A DNA stretch of 64,000 nt, from positions 42,842,001 to 42,906,000 of the forward strand of contig NC_045138.2 in assembly GCF_008831285.2 (NCBI RefSeq), in the 5' to 3' direction. The stretch is from Nymphaea colorata (taxonomy: Eukaryota). The notes under the pieces are model-generated. The model saw nothing but the letters and a program-made list of their open reading frames with translations, searched no databases and was not told where the DNA came from. The position numbers and the translations under genes are program-made. This document shows, one piece after another, positions 1 through 12,563 of the stretch (its first letter is position 1; every line of letters begins with the position of its first letter).

Positions 1-1394
1 TGCAAGGACTCCTTCAACACCATCTCCTTGCAACTTTTGCATGCTTCAAACACCACTTCCTGCATGATTTCATTTTCCAAACGTCCATCAAAAACATGAA
101 AGAATTTCCCTCCGTCAAATATCACCCAATATGGAACTTTTCCCATCGATATGGAACTTTGCTTCCAGCAATAAGGTTCCACCAAGATAGGTGGAACTTT
201 AGGTGGATTGCTTGCCTCTTTTCTTTCTCTCATCCGTAGCAACGCAGATCAAAGGAAGGTCAACCACTCGGCCAGCCGGGACATATTCAGTTATTCTTGA
301 AGGAACGGGTTTGAGTAGACAGGTTGAGAAGACATTGGCTTCCTCAAGGTTTACTTCTAATTGTCACTACTAGTAGTTGGAATGTGTCTATTGGTGAATA
401 ACAAACCATTTTGAGACCTCATCAGATCCTAGATTTGATGACCAATAAAAATGCAAGCTTGAGGTTTCTTAAATCCTTATCGTTGTATGTCCTTAAAATC
501 GACAGAATGAGTGAATGGAGAAGGGAGGAAACTTACAGTCTTGCTCTACCACCCGAGGCAAGCGGAAAATCACGTCCAGCGGGAGAATGATGGATAAGAG
601 TTGTTGCTCGCAATATCAAAGGATGAACTGCAGCAACCCGCGCACGCAGTCTGCATCCTCCTCTATCATCGGCACCATCAAGGATCCAGCCTTGCTACAA
701 TCGAGAGAGAAAGAGAGAGTGCTTTCCTTCCTTGGAACTCGGCGGGAAAAAGAAAACTTCGTAACAGTTTATTAAAGCAAGGATAGAAATATTTTTTTCC
801 CCTCCCCCACCTGACATACAATCATACATACCATCATTCCCTTCCAACAAAAGGCAAAGACACATACAAAAGGGAGAAGAGGAGGGGGTGGAGGCGTGCT
901 CATGTGCCACTCCGCATTTAATGTGGGGGCGAAGTGTGGCTGCGGGCACTCATTCCTCTCAACTCTATGCTGGCGGATGGGATGGCGTTGGGAAGAGGCC
1001 GGCTGTCTTGGTGCTAACGTGCTGCGAGAGGTTCAGAGAGGTGACAGAAGAAACAGGAGAGAAGAGCTCATCTGCCAGTCTCCACAATAAAATTCTATTA
1101 GTGGTACCATCCACAAAAAATGTCAGTAGAAGATACATGGAGACAAGCACCGGAAAAGAACAGAGAGGAGATAATGCAAGGCCCTAAGATTCTGAAGTTT
1201 CATGGAAAACATATAAGATGCAAAATGAAGGAAATATAGAAAATGATCTTATATCCATTAAGGCTGAACATAAGATTTTGCATATTATAGAGCCTCATAA
1301 GTATCTACTGCCTCCTTATGCTGCATCAGATATGCCCGTCAGTTTTATGTCAAGCCAACCCTTACATTTCTCTTCAACCATTCCAGGTAGTTCA

Positions 1395-4300
1395 TGTTAA
1401 GTTTGTTCGTATGGGGATCGGGTCTGTTCAAGACCCGATCCACTTCTTTTATATCCACACGCCTAAGAATACTAGGCGGTGGCATTCTTGTAATATTTTA
1501 TATATTTTGTACAAATCTGTTGTAACCTAATTAGGTTAATGTTTTTAATAGAGATTAAGGATTGCAGGGCTGCATTGGCCGACTGCATCTCTTCCTCCAT
1601 CGTCTTGCTTTCTATCCTCTCTTCTCAATCTATCTTATTTTCAGCCAGAGAGACATGATTTAGTGAAGATTTTTACATGGTATCAGAGCCAGGTTGCAGC
1701 GTCCTCCGGTGGGTGTTTTCAATCTGATGTGATTTGCCCTAATCTGCCCTAAATCCCCTCTTTCTGGCGTGATTAGCCCTAAATTCAGTTTCTGCCCTAA
1801 ATCTTCCTTTCTAACGTGATTTGCCCTAATTTCTGCCACTGCCCTAAATTCTGCCCCAAGTCGTCTGCCCTAATCATCCCTTTTTCATTATCTCTCTTTG
1901 TATTTCTTGCCCCTCTTTTCAGTCATGGATCAGCTGGCTCCTTCCCTTTTATCTTCCAGCTTTCTCTCCCAACTTATCTCTCAAAAACTAAATCATAGTA
2001 ACTATTTGACTTGGAAACGTCAAATTGTCCCACTGATTAAAAGTCATAGACTCTGTGGACATATCAATGGCACTACTCCAGCTCCTCCAAAGTACGTTGA
2101 CCATGAAGTGATGAAGACCGTTGTGGGAGATCAGGCTGCTGGGACTCTGGCTGGGAGTGAGATTAGATTTGAATATGAAACTCTCACTGAAAACAATCCT
2201 GAGTACGAAGTTTGTCTGGCTCACGACCAGTCCCTTGTTGCCTACATTACTTATACTTTGTCAGAGGAGGTATTAGGAGGCATTGATGATGATTTAACAG
2301 CCCTGGAGTTGTGGTCTACCCTTGCCACGACGTATTCTCAAGTATCTGAAGCACGTTTTCTGCAATTAAGAAGGCAATGTCAGGACATCAAGCGTGGGAC
2401 GCGTACAGTCTTTGAATATTTGAATGAAATAAAAAGTGTAAGTGATCAGCTTGCTGCCATTGGACATCCCGTCAGCGACAAGGACAAGGCGCAACAAACT
2501 TTAAGTGGACTGAGAACAGATTTTGACATATTTTGGACAGCCCTGGAAGTTCTTCCTGTCCTCCCATCTTTTGAAGATCTGAAGGCCAAGCTTTTTCAGC
2601 ATGAAGCTAGTCGTGTTCAGTGACAGAGTTTGATTCCTTCCAACAGCCACAATGTACTGATCACAGGAACACATGCACTGCAAGGGAATCGCACCCGTCA
2701 TTGGACTTCTCAGGCGGGAATGGGAAGAGGTATTCTCCCAACACCGCAGGGCATGAATACTAAGCCTAGAAGGGTTCCGACTTGCTTCTATTGCAACAAG
2801 AGGAGACATGTAAAATCAGAATGTTGGCACAATCCTCAGAACAAAAATAATCAGATCAGGCGTGAGAACAAGGCAACAGTAGGGCCAGCTTCATCATCAT
2901 CTGGCTCAAATCTGACATCAAATGTTTCAGCAGACGTGCAACAGCTTCTAATGACAGCTTTATCTAAACTCCACTTGAAACAAAATGAGCAAGGAGAGTG
3001 GTATGTGGACTCTGGAGCAGCAGCCCATGTTACTGGTGAAACAGGTAATCTCTCTAGTGTTTTTCCTTATTTAGATCAAGGCTCAGTTGTAACGGGAGAT
3101 GGTTCCCATCACACAATATCGCATATTGGAAATGCACAAATATCTATGGGCTCTTCTTCCATTCCATTAAAGAATGTCCTTGTTGTTCCTAGTGTCAAGG
3201 AAAATATTATCTCAGTGTCCAAACTTATTGATGACACTCATTCCTCTGTTGAATTCACACCATCTTCTGTTTATGTCAAGGATGTTCGAACCAAGAAGAC
3301 ATTCGCTGAGGGCACTCGCAAAGGAGATATGTATGTCCTTGAAGAAGCTCCAAAGCTGTCAAAACCTCACTCTTCAAATTCATGTTTTCCAAGTCATAGT
3401 GAAGTCAATGTTGCTGAGTATAATAAGCCGTCCATTTGGCATGGTCGGTTAGCTCATTGTAGTCAGTCTTTTGTTCGAAGTCTTGTTGCAGACGGGCTCT
3501 TAGATAAGTCCAGTCTTAGTTCAGTTAGTGAGTCCAACATGTGCTCGAGTTGTCATATCTGTAAGAGTCATGAAACACAAATCAACAAATAAAAGAGCTT
3601 CAAAGGTTTTTGACACCATATATTCCAATGTTTGGGGGCCTACTCCAATTCCTTCTTCTTCTGGTAGTAGATACTATGTAATTTTTATTGATTCATATTC
3701 CCGATATACTTGGATCCATTTCATGAAACACAAATCAAAAGTTTTCCGCTTGTTCACTCAATTTCATGCCTTGGTTCGGAATAAATACTCCAGTAATATT
3801 GTGCATTTTCAATGTGATGGTGGTGGTGAATTTATTTCTAATGAATTTATTGAGTACTTACTAGATCATGGGATCACTAGACAAATCTCATGTCTGCATA
3901 CACCTCAGCAAAACGGAATTGCTGAAAGGAAACATAGACATATTGTTGAAAGCGCGCTCAGCATGATGCATGACACAGACTTACCTATGATATTGTGGAC
4001 TGAGGCTTTTCATACGGCTGTTCATGTTATAAACTGACTACCATTGGCTTTGCTTGGTGGAAAGTCACCATTTTTTTTATTACATCAGGAACAGCCACGT
4101 TTTGAGGAGTTGCGTGTTTTTGGATGTGTGTGCTATGTGCATATTGATGTTTCCTTAATAAACAAATTTCAAGATCGTGCTGTTTTGTGCAGATTTATAG
4201 GGTATGCAGAAAACTACAAAGGTTATAAGTGTTACAATCTTAAAACTGAGCGTGTACATGTTTCATGGCATGTTGTTTTTTATGAAAGCAGGTTACAGGA

Positions 4301-6421
4301 TCCAAAGGCTACTTCTGTGACACTCAATGACAAAAATGAGGTCTATGATACTTGGTTACATGCTGAAATCTTAAGACAAGGGGCGAAAATGTTGCCTGAG
4401 CGAAAGGAGCAAGCTGTAAATGAGCCCGAGACACTTGTAAGTAGTTCCTTAGACAGCACTACTTCCTTGGATAGCCTGCCTTCATCTTCTCAGCCCAATG
4501 ATCCACCTATAAATAATAGGTTCTCAGGCCTGGTATAATCTAGGCAATCAGTCCCTACTGCAGCTCCACGCCAATCACAACGCGTACGACATCCTATTGA
4601 CAGATGGGTGAGCTATAACAATTTTTCTTTGGATTTTCAGCTGTTTAAGACAAAAGTCAGCAAAAAGGTGGAACTAAAATGTTATCAACATGCGAGTAAG
4701 GAAAAATGTTGGGTTGAAGCTATGAATGAGGAGATGGTAGCCTTGCATGAGTGTCAGACATGGCAGATTGTCCCTCGTCCAGATGATAAGAATGTTGTGG
4801 GCTCCAAATGGGTGTACAAACTGAAATATAAGCCAAATGGTAGCATTGATCGATACAAAGCTCGCCTTGTGGCGCGAGGTTTCACTCAGTAATACGGGGA
4901 AGATTATGATAAGACATTCAGTCCGGTCATCAAGATGGGAACAATACGTGTAATTATTTCTCTTGCAGTCTCATCCCCGGCTATAGTACCCATGATCCTC
5001 AAAAATGAGTTTGTAAATTACACAAGTCTCTATATGGGTTGAAGCAAGCTTCTAGGTCATGGTTTGATCGGTTTTCTCATCATATACAACAAGTTGGTTA
5101 TCTCCAAAGCTCTCTCGATCACTCTCTATTTGTCTACCATACCGGAGAAGCTACCACTTGGATATGTTGATGACATTGTTATAAGTGGGAATTCTTCTTC
5201 ACATATTTCTTATGTTAAAGATATGTTGAAGCAAGAATTCAAGATGAAGGATCTCGGCGAATTACGGTACTTCTTGGGTGTTGAACTTGACAGGACGAAT
5301 GATAGATTGACTCTTACGCAGCACAAGTATACCCTTGATGTTTTGGACAGGGCAGGTATGATTAATTGCAAACCCATAACTACTCCTAGTGTTCTGAACA
5401 CTAAATTGACTGCCTCTTATGGAACTGCGGCATATTCCAATCCTACATTATATCGCAGCATTGTTGATATGTTACAATACCTCACTTTTACTCGTCCAGA
5501 CATAGTATATGCTGTAAATCAGATCTCTCAGTTTATGCATGCACCCACGGAAGGACATATGGATTCCGCTAAGCGGATCTTACAATACCTCAAAGCTACT
5601 CTTGGAGATGGACTAGTCTACACAAAATGTCCCAATGCTTCACTTGGACATAGCATATATACCTGTACTGATGTAGACTGGGCAGGGGATCCCGATGACC
5701 GACGATCAGTTTCAGGTTTCTGTCTTTTTCTTGATTCTAATCTCATTTGTTGGAGTAGTAAGAAACATCGTGCGGTTGTGCGATCTAGCACTGAGGCAGA
5801 GTATTGAGCAATGGCTGCAGGGACAGCTGAAGCGTCATGGTTACGACATTTGCTTGGACAGCTCAATCTTCCTATTGTTCAGTCTTCATTACTTTGTGAC
5901 AATCAAAGTGCGATAAAAATTGCCTTCAACCCCATCCTACATAATCGTACCAAGCACATAGAGATTGATCAACACTTCATCCGTCAGAAGGTTGAAGAAG
6001 CCAAGATCATGCCTGCTTATATATCCACCAGTGAACAGATAGCAGATCTCTTTACCAAAGGACTCACAGGGCAGTACTTTTGGGAATTGAAGCACAAGTT
6101 GTGCATGATCAAATCTCATGCACAACTTGAGGGGGGCTGTTAAGTTTGTGTGTACAGGGATCGGGTCTGTAAAAGACCCGATCCACTTCTTTTATATCCA
6201 CACGCCTAAGAATACTAGGCGGTGGCATTCTTGTAATATTTTATATATTTTTGTACAAATCTGTTGTAACCTAATTAGGTTAATGTTTTTAATAGAGATT
6301 AAGGATTGCAGGGCTGCATTGGCCGACTGCATCTCTTCCTCCATCGTCTTGCTTTCTATCCTCTCTTCTCAATCTATCTTATTTTCAGCCGGAGAGACAT
6401 GATTTAGTGAAGATTCTTACA
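1395..6421 (+). mobile_element. Full-length Ty1/copia LTR retrotransposon (Ale/Retrofit-like), coding region inactivated
   Basis: LTRs 1395-1677 and 6138-6421 (TG...CA; 8 substitutions + 1 indel by eye); 5-bp TSD GTTCA (1390-1394, 6422-6426); PBS TGGTATCAGAGCC 1678-1690; PPT GAGGGGGG 6129-6136; domain order gag-PR-IN-RT-RH. Confidence 0.97.
1925..6143 (+). pseudogene. copia gag-pol polyprotein with stops, frameshifts and a deletion in RT
   Basis: Gag KLNHSNYLTWKRQI; knuckle CFYCNKRRHVKSEC; protease WYVDSGA; integrase IFIDSYSRYTW / CDGGGEF / PQQNGIAERKHRH; RT KARLVARGFTQ and GYVDDIVI; RNase H DWAGD / STEAEY / IADLFTK. Split over 7 ORFs; the RT QMDVKNAFL block is missing near 4970. Confidence 0.95.
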
Positions 6422-8817
6422 GTTCAAAATTCTCTAGCAGTGTTCAAAACTATCCAAGAACGATTGTGGCTTAGTTGTCTGTATTTCAATGCAAAGATGA
6501 CAAATGAACCGAGCAGAAAGTTAGCGAAAGGTAAAATTTGGAAAAAGTCATGTAAATTTCAGAAATTCGGAGTTCCTGCACCAAGTTAGCGGAAACAGTT
6601 TAGTAAGAATTTTATAACTTCGGTCCAAAAATTATGAAATTTTTAGAGTGTCAAGTTCAACCCAACTTTAACCCAAAAACCATACAAAAGTCGGTCCCTA
6701 ACCTCTGCAAAATCACTGGTGGAACTAGCAGTTTTCTACAGTTTGAGGAAAATAAGAGTCTAATAAGTGGGAACTCCAGATCGAACACAGGGAACAAACA
6801 GATATTAAGATAGACCAAAAAATGCACATTTACTACCTCAAATAGAAACAAGTCAAAGACTCAAAAGGTTCTTCAAAAGTGATGCAACTAGTTTAATTAC
6901 AAAAGTTGAAAAATAAACAATTCCTAAAGTGTGATTGCTTGAAAGGGCAGCCCTGTGTCAATTTAAATCTTTGACTTGTGCTCCAACTCCTCTCCACTGA
7001 ATGCATCGAACCTTACATTTCTCCAAAAGTGCCTGCGACTGCAATGACCAACTTGAAAACAAAAGAGAACAAAGAAAAACAAGGGCATAAACCTAAAGCT
7101 TAGACCCACTCACGAGGAAGAACTCTAAGCTCAACTAATAAACACTTTTAAACGATACACATGAAACAAAAAATAACCAAAATCCTTACTTGAAATCTAT
7201 GTTCTCTAAATTAACTGGACCTAAATATAAACAAATTTGAAAGACCGTGAAAGAAGCCTACACGACTCTGACTTAAGCTATCATATCACACCCAAAATCC
7301 TAACTCAATTCAGGTAAAAGATAGACCAATTGAAACTTGTTTGGTTTCTGCAAGCAATCTAATTTCTGCACATATATGTAAATTTCTCTAGCAAAAATTC
7401 TCTGTTTTCGACATCAACTTTGCATCAGATTTCCTACAATAAAATAAACTAAACCCAAGGGATAAGTCTTGGGAAGCAAAACAAATCAATCATCAAATGT
7501 TAAAGTCACCCAAACATCCACAGTTTTGGAATAGAATTCTGCAGCAATCTCTACAATTGTAGGAGATTTCCGGTGTAGAGGGTGTGGTTTCGAGCTCTCG
7601 GGCAATGTACATGCATAACACTTGGCTTCCTACCAATTATGACAAGCTAACAAACAAAAAACACAAACAAACAATGACAGGATTTGTCTGTCTTTGCGCG
7701 AAGTTTTGCAGCCAGCATTAGTTTTTGTTTCAACCAAAAAATTTATGTAAACTCACTCAAATCAAATTGGATGCCAAAACTTTGTTGAGAACTCAAATAA
7801 AAACTTGATTTTGAAGTACAAGATCAAACTCTCGTGCAACATGAATCGGCTTTTCCAAAACCACTGTACATCCACAAGACACTGACAATGTAAAAAAAAA
7901 AAAGACACCAATGATAAAAGAGTTAAAAGCTAACGACTCTTTCAAACCCCTTCCTAAGCAAACCTTAAAAGAGAAATCAACAAAAATACTGCCTAGCCTT
8001 CACAAGAAAACAAATTGTGATGGGAACATGGAAAGGGAAAGATGGAAAATTCATTACACTCAGCATGAGTGGAATATGTTTGAGGGGTTTCATTTATTCT
8101 ATGAATGGACTAGCGGTTTGGTAATAAAAAGGAAAACATTTTTCAAAAACAGAGAGGGGCTGGGAGTTCCTCATATGCCCATGAAGTCAGGAAACATTAC
8201 AAGAGATGTCAAGTGTTTACTTTTAAATAGTTTATAAATCATCAATTTAAATCATAAGCAGAACGTGCTCGTGTTGTGCAAATGATATGCCTTTTATTTA
8301 CCCTCAATACCGTACAAGCATCGGGATTCATTTCGCACCAATGTTGTTGAATCTCTAGAAGGGAAGCCTTTAAATTTTCAAATAATGAACACAAAGTAAT
8401 CATCCTCAACGTCTTAGGAAATAAAAAAGAAGAGCAGATATTGACCCAAAGATCGCACATCCATGAAGATTGTCGCATTTCAATTCCTTCGAGTTCAGCC
8501 TTCATGCCATTTATCTCTTCATAGACACCTTTTTTGTTTTTCTAGTTTTGCTTCTTTCTTTTTTCTGCATCTGGCTTTTTGCCTTTTCATTTTTTCTTGC
8601 CTTTCATTTTCTTTTTCAGGCCGACCTTCACCTTTGAGGGAATACCTCACCACCCCAAAGGCTACTACGAAGCTCCACCGCTTTGGTGGTTATGTGTAGT
8701 TTTGTCGCGTATCCAACCCGCTTCACCTTGTGGGCTTTCGCCGAGACAAAGGTTCATAAGTCGTTATCTTCGCGGTATAGACATAAATCACCTATATGCC
8801 TACCCGGAACTCTTGAT

Positions 8818-9490
8818 CAATGTTGTAAAAAGCGTATCGTAAGCTGTATCGGTCCGGCTTTAAGATACGCTGCATCGTAAAATATCGTAACGTATCGTAA
8901 CCGTATCGTTTTTTTTTTAGTAAATCAGAAAAAATAGAAAAAAAATCATAAAAAATCAGTAAAAAACAAGAATAATATGTTCTTCACAAAAACACATAGA
9001 TTTATAAGTCATAAGGTCCATAAGTCTATGAGATACCACAACGAAAAACAAGTTTTAGATGATACGTATTACATCACAAGATGGTAATGAAATTGTGAAA
9101 ATGTTCAATGTCAATACATAAAAAATGAAAGCACTCTCGACTCTGATTCATAATCTTTATCATATTCATTCTCATCCTCATCTCCATCTTCTTCTTCATT
9201 TTCATCTTCACGATTTAAAAAAACCTCTTTCCTCCCAACGAGAATCAGCCACCCATGCACAAATCCATGGTTTAATCGATGATTTCATTTTGAAAATCGA
9301 TGATCTCTAGGTTAAAAATGAAAAAGGGCTGGGTTTTTGTAAAAAAAACTCGAAAAGGGGGGTTCCAACCCCCATTTTTTGAAATCAGCCCATATCGTAC
9401 GATATGGGGCGTGTATCATATCGCATTTTGTAAAAGATACGTACCGTATCCTACGTATCGGCCCCGCATCGTACGTATCGTACAACACTG
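8818..9490. mobile_element. Non-autonomous hAT-superfamily DNA transposon
   Basis: Perfect 8-bp TSD CTCTTGAT (8810-8817, 9491-9498); TIRs CAATGTTGTA / TACAACACTG (1 mismatch); clustered subterminal CGTATCG motifs at both ends. Confidence 0.9.
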
Positions 9491-10505
9491 CTCTTGATTA
9501 TTAACCTAGAGGAACAACTACACAAGCCCCGAGCCCTTCTCTCAACTCTTATTTTGCTACTGCCAATATTTTATAAGACATTATGGTTTCTCTCTAAGGA
9601 CATTTTCCTGTTAAACCCTTACAGACACTTGATCACTAAAGTCAATAGCATCTCCTAGTCTTGACTTTCTCAGCTTCATAGGATTTTTCTAGATTTCCTC
9701 TTCTAATGATTGACAACAAAAAAAACTTGAAAGTTTCCTTTTACTTGGGCAGGTAGTAAGAACAAAGGGAAGGCATATCATTGCGTGATAAGACACTTTT
9801 AAAATGTTTTTAGGCACAATTAAAAATTTTCTCTTTCAAAAAATTACTTGACATCAAATGACATATCACCTGGAAGTAGGAACTCTCTTCTACCAAAAGA
9901 GGAGTTTTTATGAAACCAGATTGATTTGTTGGGTAGAAGAAGAACTTCATATGCTCTCCTATAGAAGTAGGGAAGATCAAACTATCCAATTCAAAAATCA
10001 AACTATCGAATTCAAAAATCAAATACAAATCATCTATTCTACTCTATCCCCACCTATCTAATCACTCATTCCTTGCACCTTATGCTAAATAATCAAGAAT
10101 TCAAGCAAAAAAAAAATAAAACGGTTCATAAGAACATAAACACGTCCTAAAAACAAAGAAGTGAACCTATATTTACTAAGTTGAACCCTTACCAGCTATA
10201 AGATATAAAATGTCACTCAAAAAAAAAAAATGAAAACAACAAAGCAAACCTTTCCACCAATGTCGTGTGAGGTTAATGACTAAATATCCAAGGGCGTTTT
10301 CCCTTCATCCACATACTGAAGATCTTGCATGAAGAAAGAAAAGAGAACTAAGACCACATTTTGATCACATCCACATACAGCTTACACACAAAAGAAAGTT
10401 ATCAAATGCCAAAAAGAGAAAACATTTCAGCTCTTTGTGACAATCTGCCTTGATGAGACAAAGTGAGCTGGGCTTATGAGAAAAGAGGAATGAAGCATGA
10501 CTAAC

Positions 10506-11066
10506 CAGGAGAAATTAGGTTTTAAGAGAGCGCTATCTGAATGGTTGTATTTTGTTTATCACCAGTAATCATCCAAAAGTTGATTCCAGCCTTCCGAAGC
10601 AGATCGATTGTTTCAGGAACACCTTCCTGCAATGGCATCCAAAAGAAAACGAAGACAGTCTACTTAAGTCAAACCAGAAGGAAAGCTCTCGCATGAAACA
10701 ATACCCCCTAGAGAAGGAAAAAGAGAATCATGTGCAGACGGTCTTCTATTGCAGCAACTCCAAGAACCTCAAGATTGTGTTCCAAACATTGGCAAACTTC
10801 AGCACTTCTCCACTAAAGGGAATGATTTGCATGCATTGACAAACTTTACATCTTCATTATACGACTCAAACATTTCACCAAAGCCAGAGTTCAGTCAGAA
10901 AGAATCACTTGAACAGAAACCAGAAAGTAGAGAAAAATCAAGAACTCAAAAATAAACAGCTCACCTCCCTGTCAACTAGAGAAGCATTAGCCTCTTTAAA
11001 CAACATAGACCATTCTCTATATTCATCTTCTGATAATTCTCGCCATGCCAAGCAAAGGGTTCGCAA
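10506..11066 (-). pseudogene. ALA2: Three-exon fragment of a P4-type phospholipid-transporting ATPase (ALA2-like)
   Basis: Exon 11066-10965 LRTLCLAWRELSEDEYREWSMLFKEANASLVDRE|GT; exon 10812-10732 AG|WRSAEVCQCLEHNLEVLGVAAIEDRLH (donor reads AT, not GT); exon 10626-10506 [43 protein letters not shown] with the P-ATPase TGD motif and a premature TAA at 10522-10524. No other ALA exons seen. Confidence 0.9.
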
Positions 11067-11221
11067 CACCAAAAGCCGACCACCGAATCCAGAAAAACAA
11101 CAAAACCCTAAATCTTCACCATTCATGTTCAAACACTAACCTTTCGATGAAAACCTTGCAGATCTGCTCATGGAGGAACAATCTGCAGACCATGTGAGAG
11201 TTTAATTAAAACTGAGACTAC

Positions 11222-11335
11222 CTTAAATGCATTGCGGATGGTAGAATTTATGTGATCCAGAATGTAGCCTCCAGCTAATGTTCCAAATATCCCACATACA
11301 ATTGTGATTCCTCCAAAAAGCAAATCTGCATTACT
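11222..11335 (-). pseudogene. Isolated exon of a spinster-like MFS (probable sphingolipid) transporter
   Basis: 114-bp AG|SNADLLFGGITIVCGIFGTLAGGYILDHINSTIRNAFK|GT with intact splice sites; matches the plant spinster-homolog segment from memory. Neighbouring exons not found in the window. Confidence 0.8.
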
Positions 11336-12179
11336 CTGCCACAAAGGTAAAGAAATTATGAAGAACAGATTATAATGAAGAAACATTTGGGACATATTGA
11401 CTATACTGTTCTATAACAAAATGTTCGATTTTGATGAATGGAAAAAACCAGTAGAGAAGTCCAATTGTCCAACCAAATCCAAGAAACTTCGTAGGCAAAG
11501 AGCAAGTAAAATAGGCATAAAGAATAACTACCATCAATCATCTAACAAACCAGGACATAAAATATTCCAAGACCACTGCTTAACTCAACTCTTCAACTAG
11601 TTTGACCACAATGCAAACAGGAGATCAGAGATAGGCAAACAAGAAGGATTTTGTTTTATAACGCTTCCTTAAACCCTTTTCTTTTTTGCTGCTTTTTCTT
11701 TCTGAGAAACACAAATACTCAGTTTTCCAAAAACAGAAAGAAGCTAGACTTCATTTCCTAACAGTCATTCCGTAGATAGCCAACAGGACTAACTCTATAG
11801 CTTCCATATTTCCATTAGAAATTAGAAGCCATTTTTGCACAAAGTTAACAGGCAGGTGATAACTGATAACTGACAGGCAAACGAAGACCTGGTATAACCC
11901 CTTCAATAAAATCATCACTTCACCTCGTTAATGAAATTCTTCCTTTATTAGGTCCTCATGAAGACTGTCATGTCTTCACATCAACTGGTGGAGGAGACAC
12001 TCATAGTAGACAACCACTAAACCCATAAAATGGTGGCCATTTAGCAATACAAATAAACAACACAACCTAGACCATTCTTATGTGCATCTGAGAAAACATA
12101 GGCAACTTTTTCCATCTGCTGGTCAACACTTTCAAAGTAATTCAAGTGCATCAAATTACACTAGAAAATTGACCTCCTG

Positions 12180-12563
12180 AGATGATGTGTTTGTATAGGA
12201 TACAAGAATAAGTGGGTCAGGTCTTAGAGACAGGAGATCCATAGTTCCCACATATAAAAGGGAACTAATACTGTTTAGAGGTTTATGTTTTTTGAATGAA
12301 AAGGTTCCTCTCTCGCGTTGAGAGAGTTTGGCCCTAATTCCAAGGAGAATTAGGTTAAGTGTGTGTGTGTCTTTACCCCTTTTATCACAGCTCAGTTAGC
12401 CGATGGCTAACATCTGGTATCAGAGCCGATGACAACCAAGGAAGCACTAGCCGCCGTGGACGCGCTGCGCCGGCAGGCAGAGGCAGACCGTCTGGCGATC
12501 GCTGGGAGATTGGAAGGAGTCGAAAGGAACAGCGGAGAACTGGGACAAAGGCTCAGCGACTAA
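12180..12563 (+). mobile_element. Truncated 5' end of an LTR retrotransposon (LTR + PBS + start of gag), probably Reina-like gypsy
   Basis: LTR ends ...GGCTAACA at 12412; PBS TGGTATCAGAGCC 12415-12427; ATG 12429 opens MTTKEALAAVDALRRQAEADRLAIAGRLEGVERNSGELGQRLSD*; LTR motifs resemble 54797-55054. Left boundary approximate. Confidence 0.7.

Noticed and set aside
365..378. CACTACTAGTAGT as a CACTA terminus or Helitron end bounding the gene-fragment mosaic
   Set aside because: No matching opposite TIR, 3-bp TSD or GC-rich hairpin found.
1426..1430. Hairpin loop of the 5' LTR (GTTCA) is identical to the TSD
   Set aside because: A 5-bp match is readily expected by chance and no mechanism is supported.
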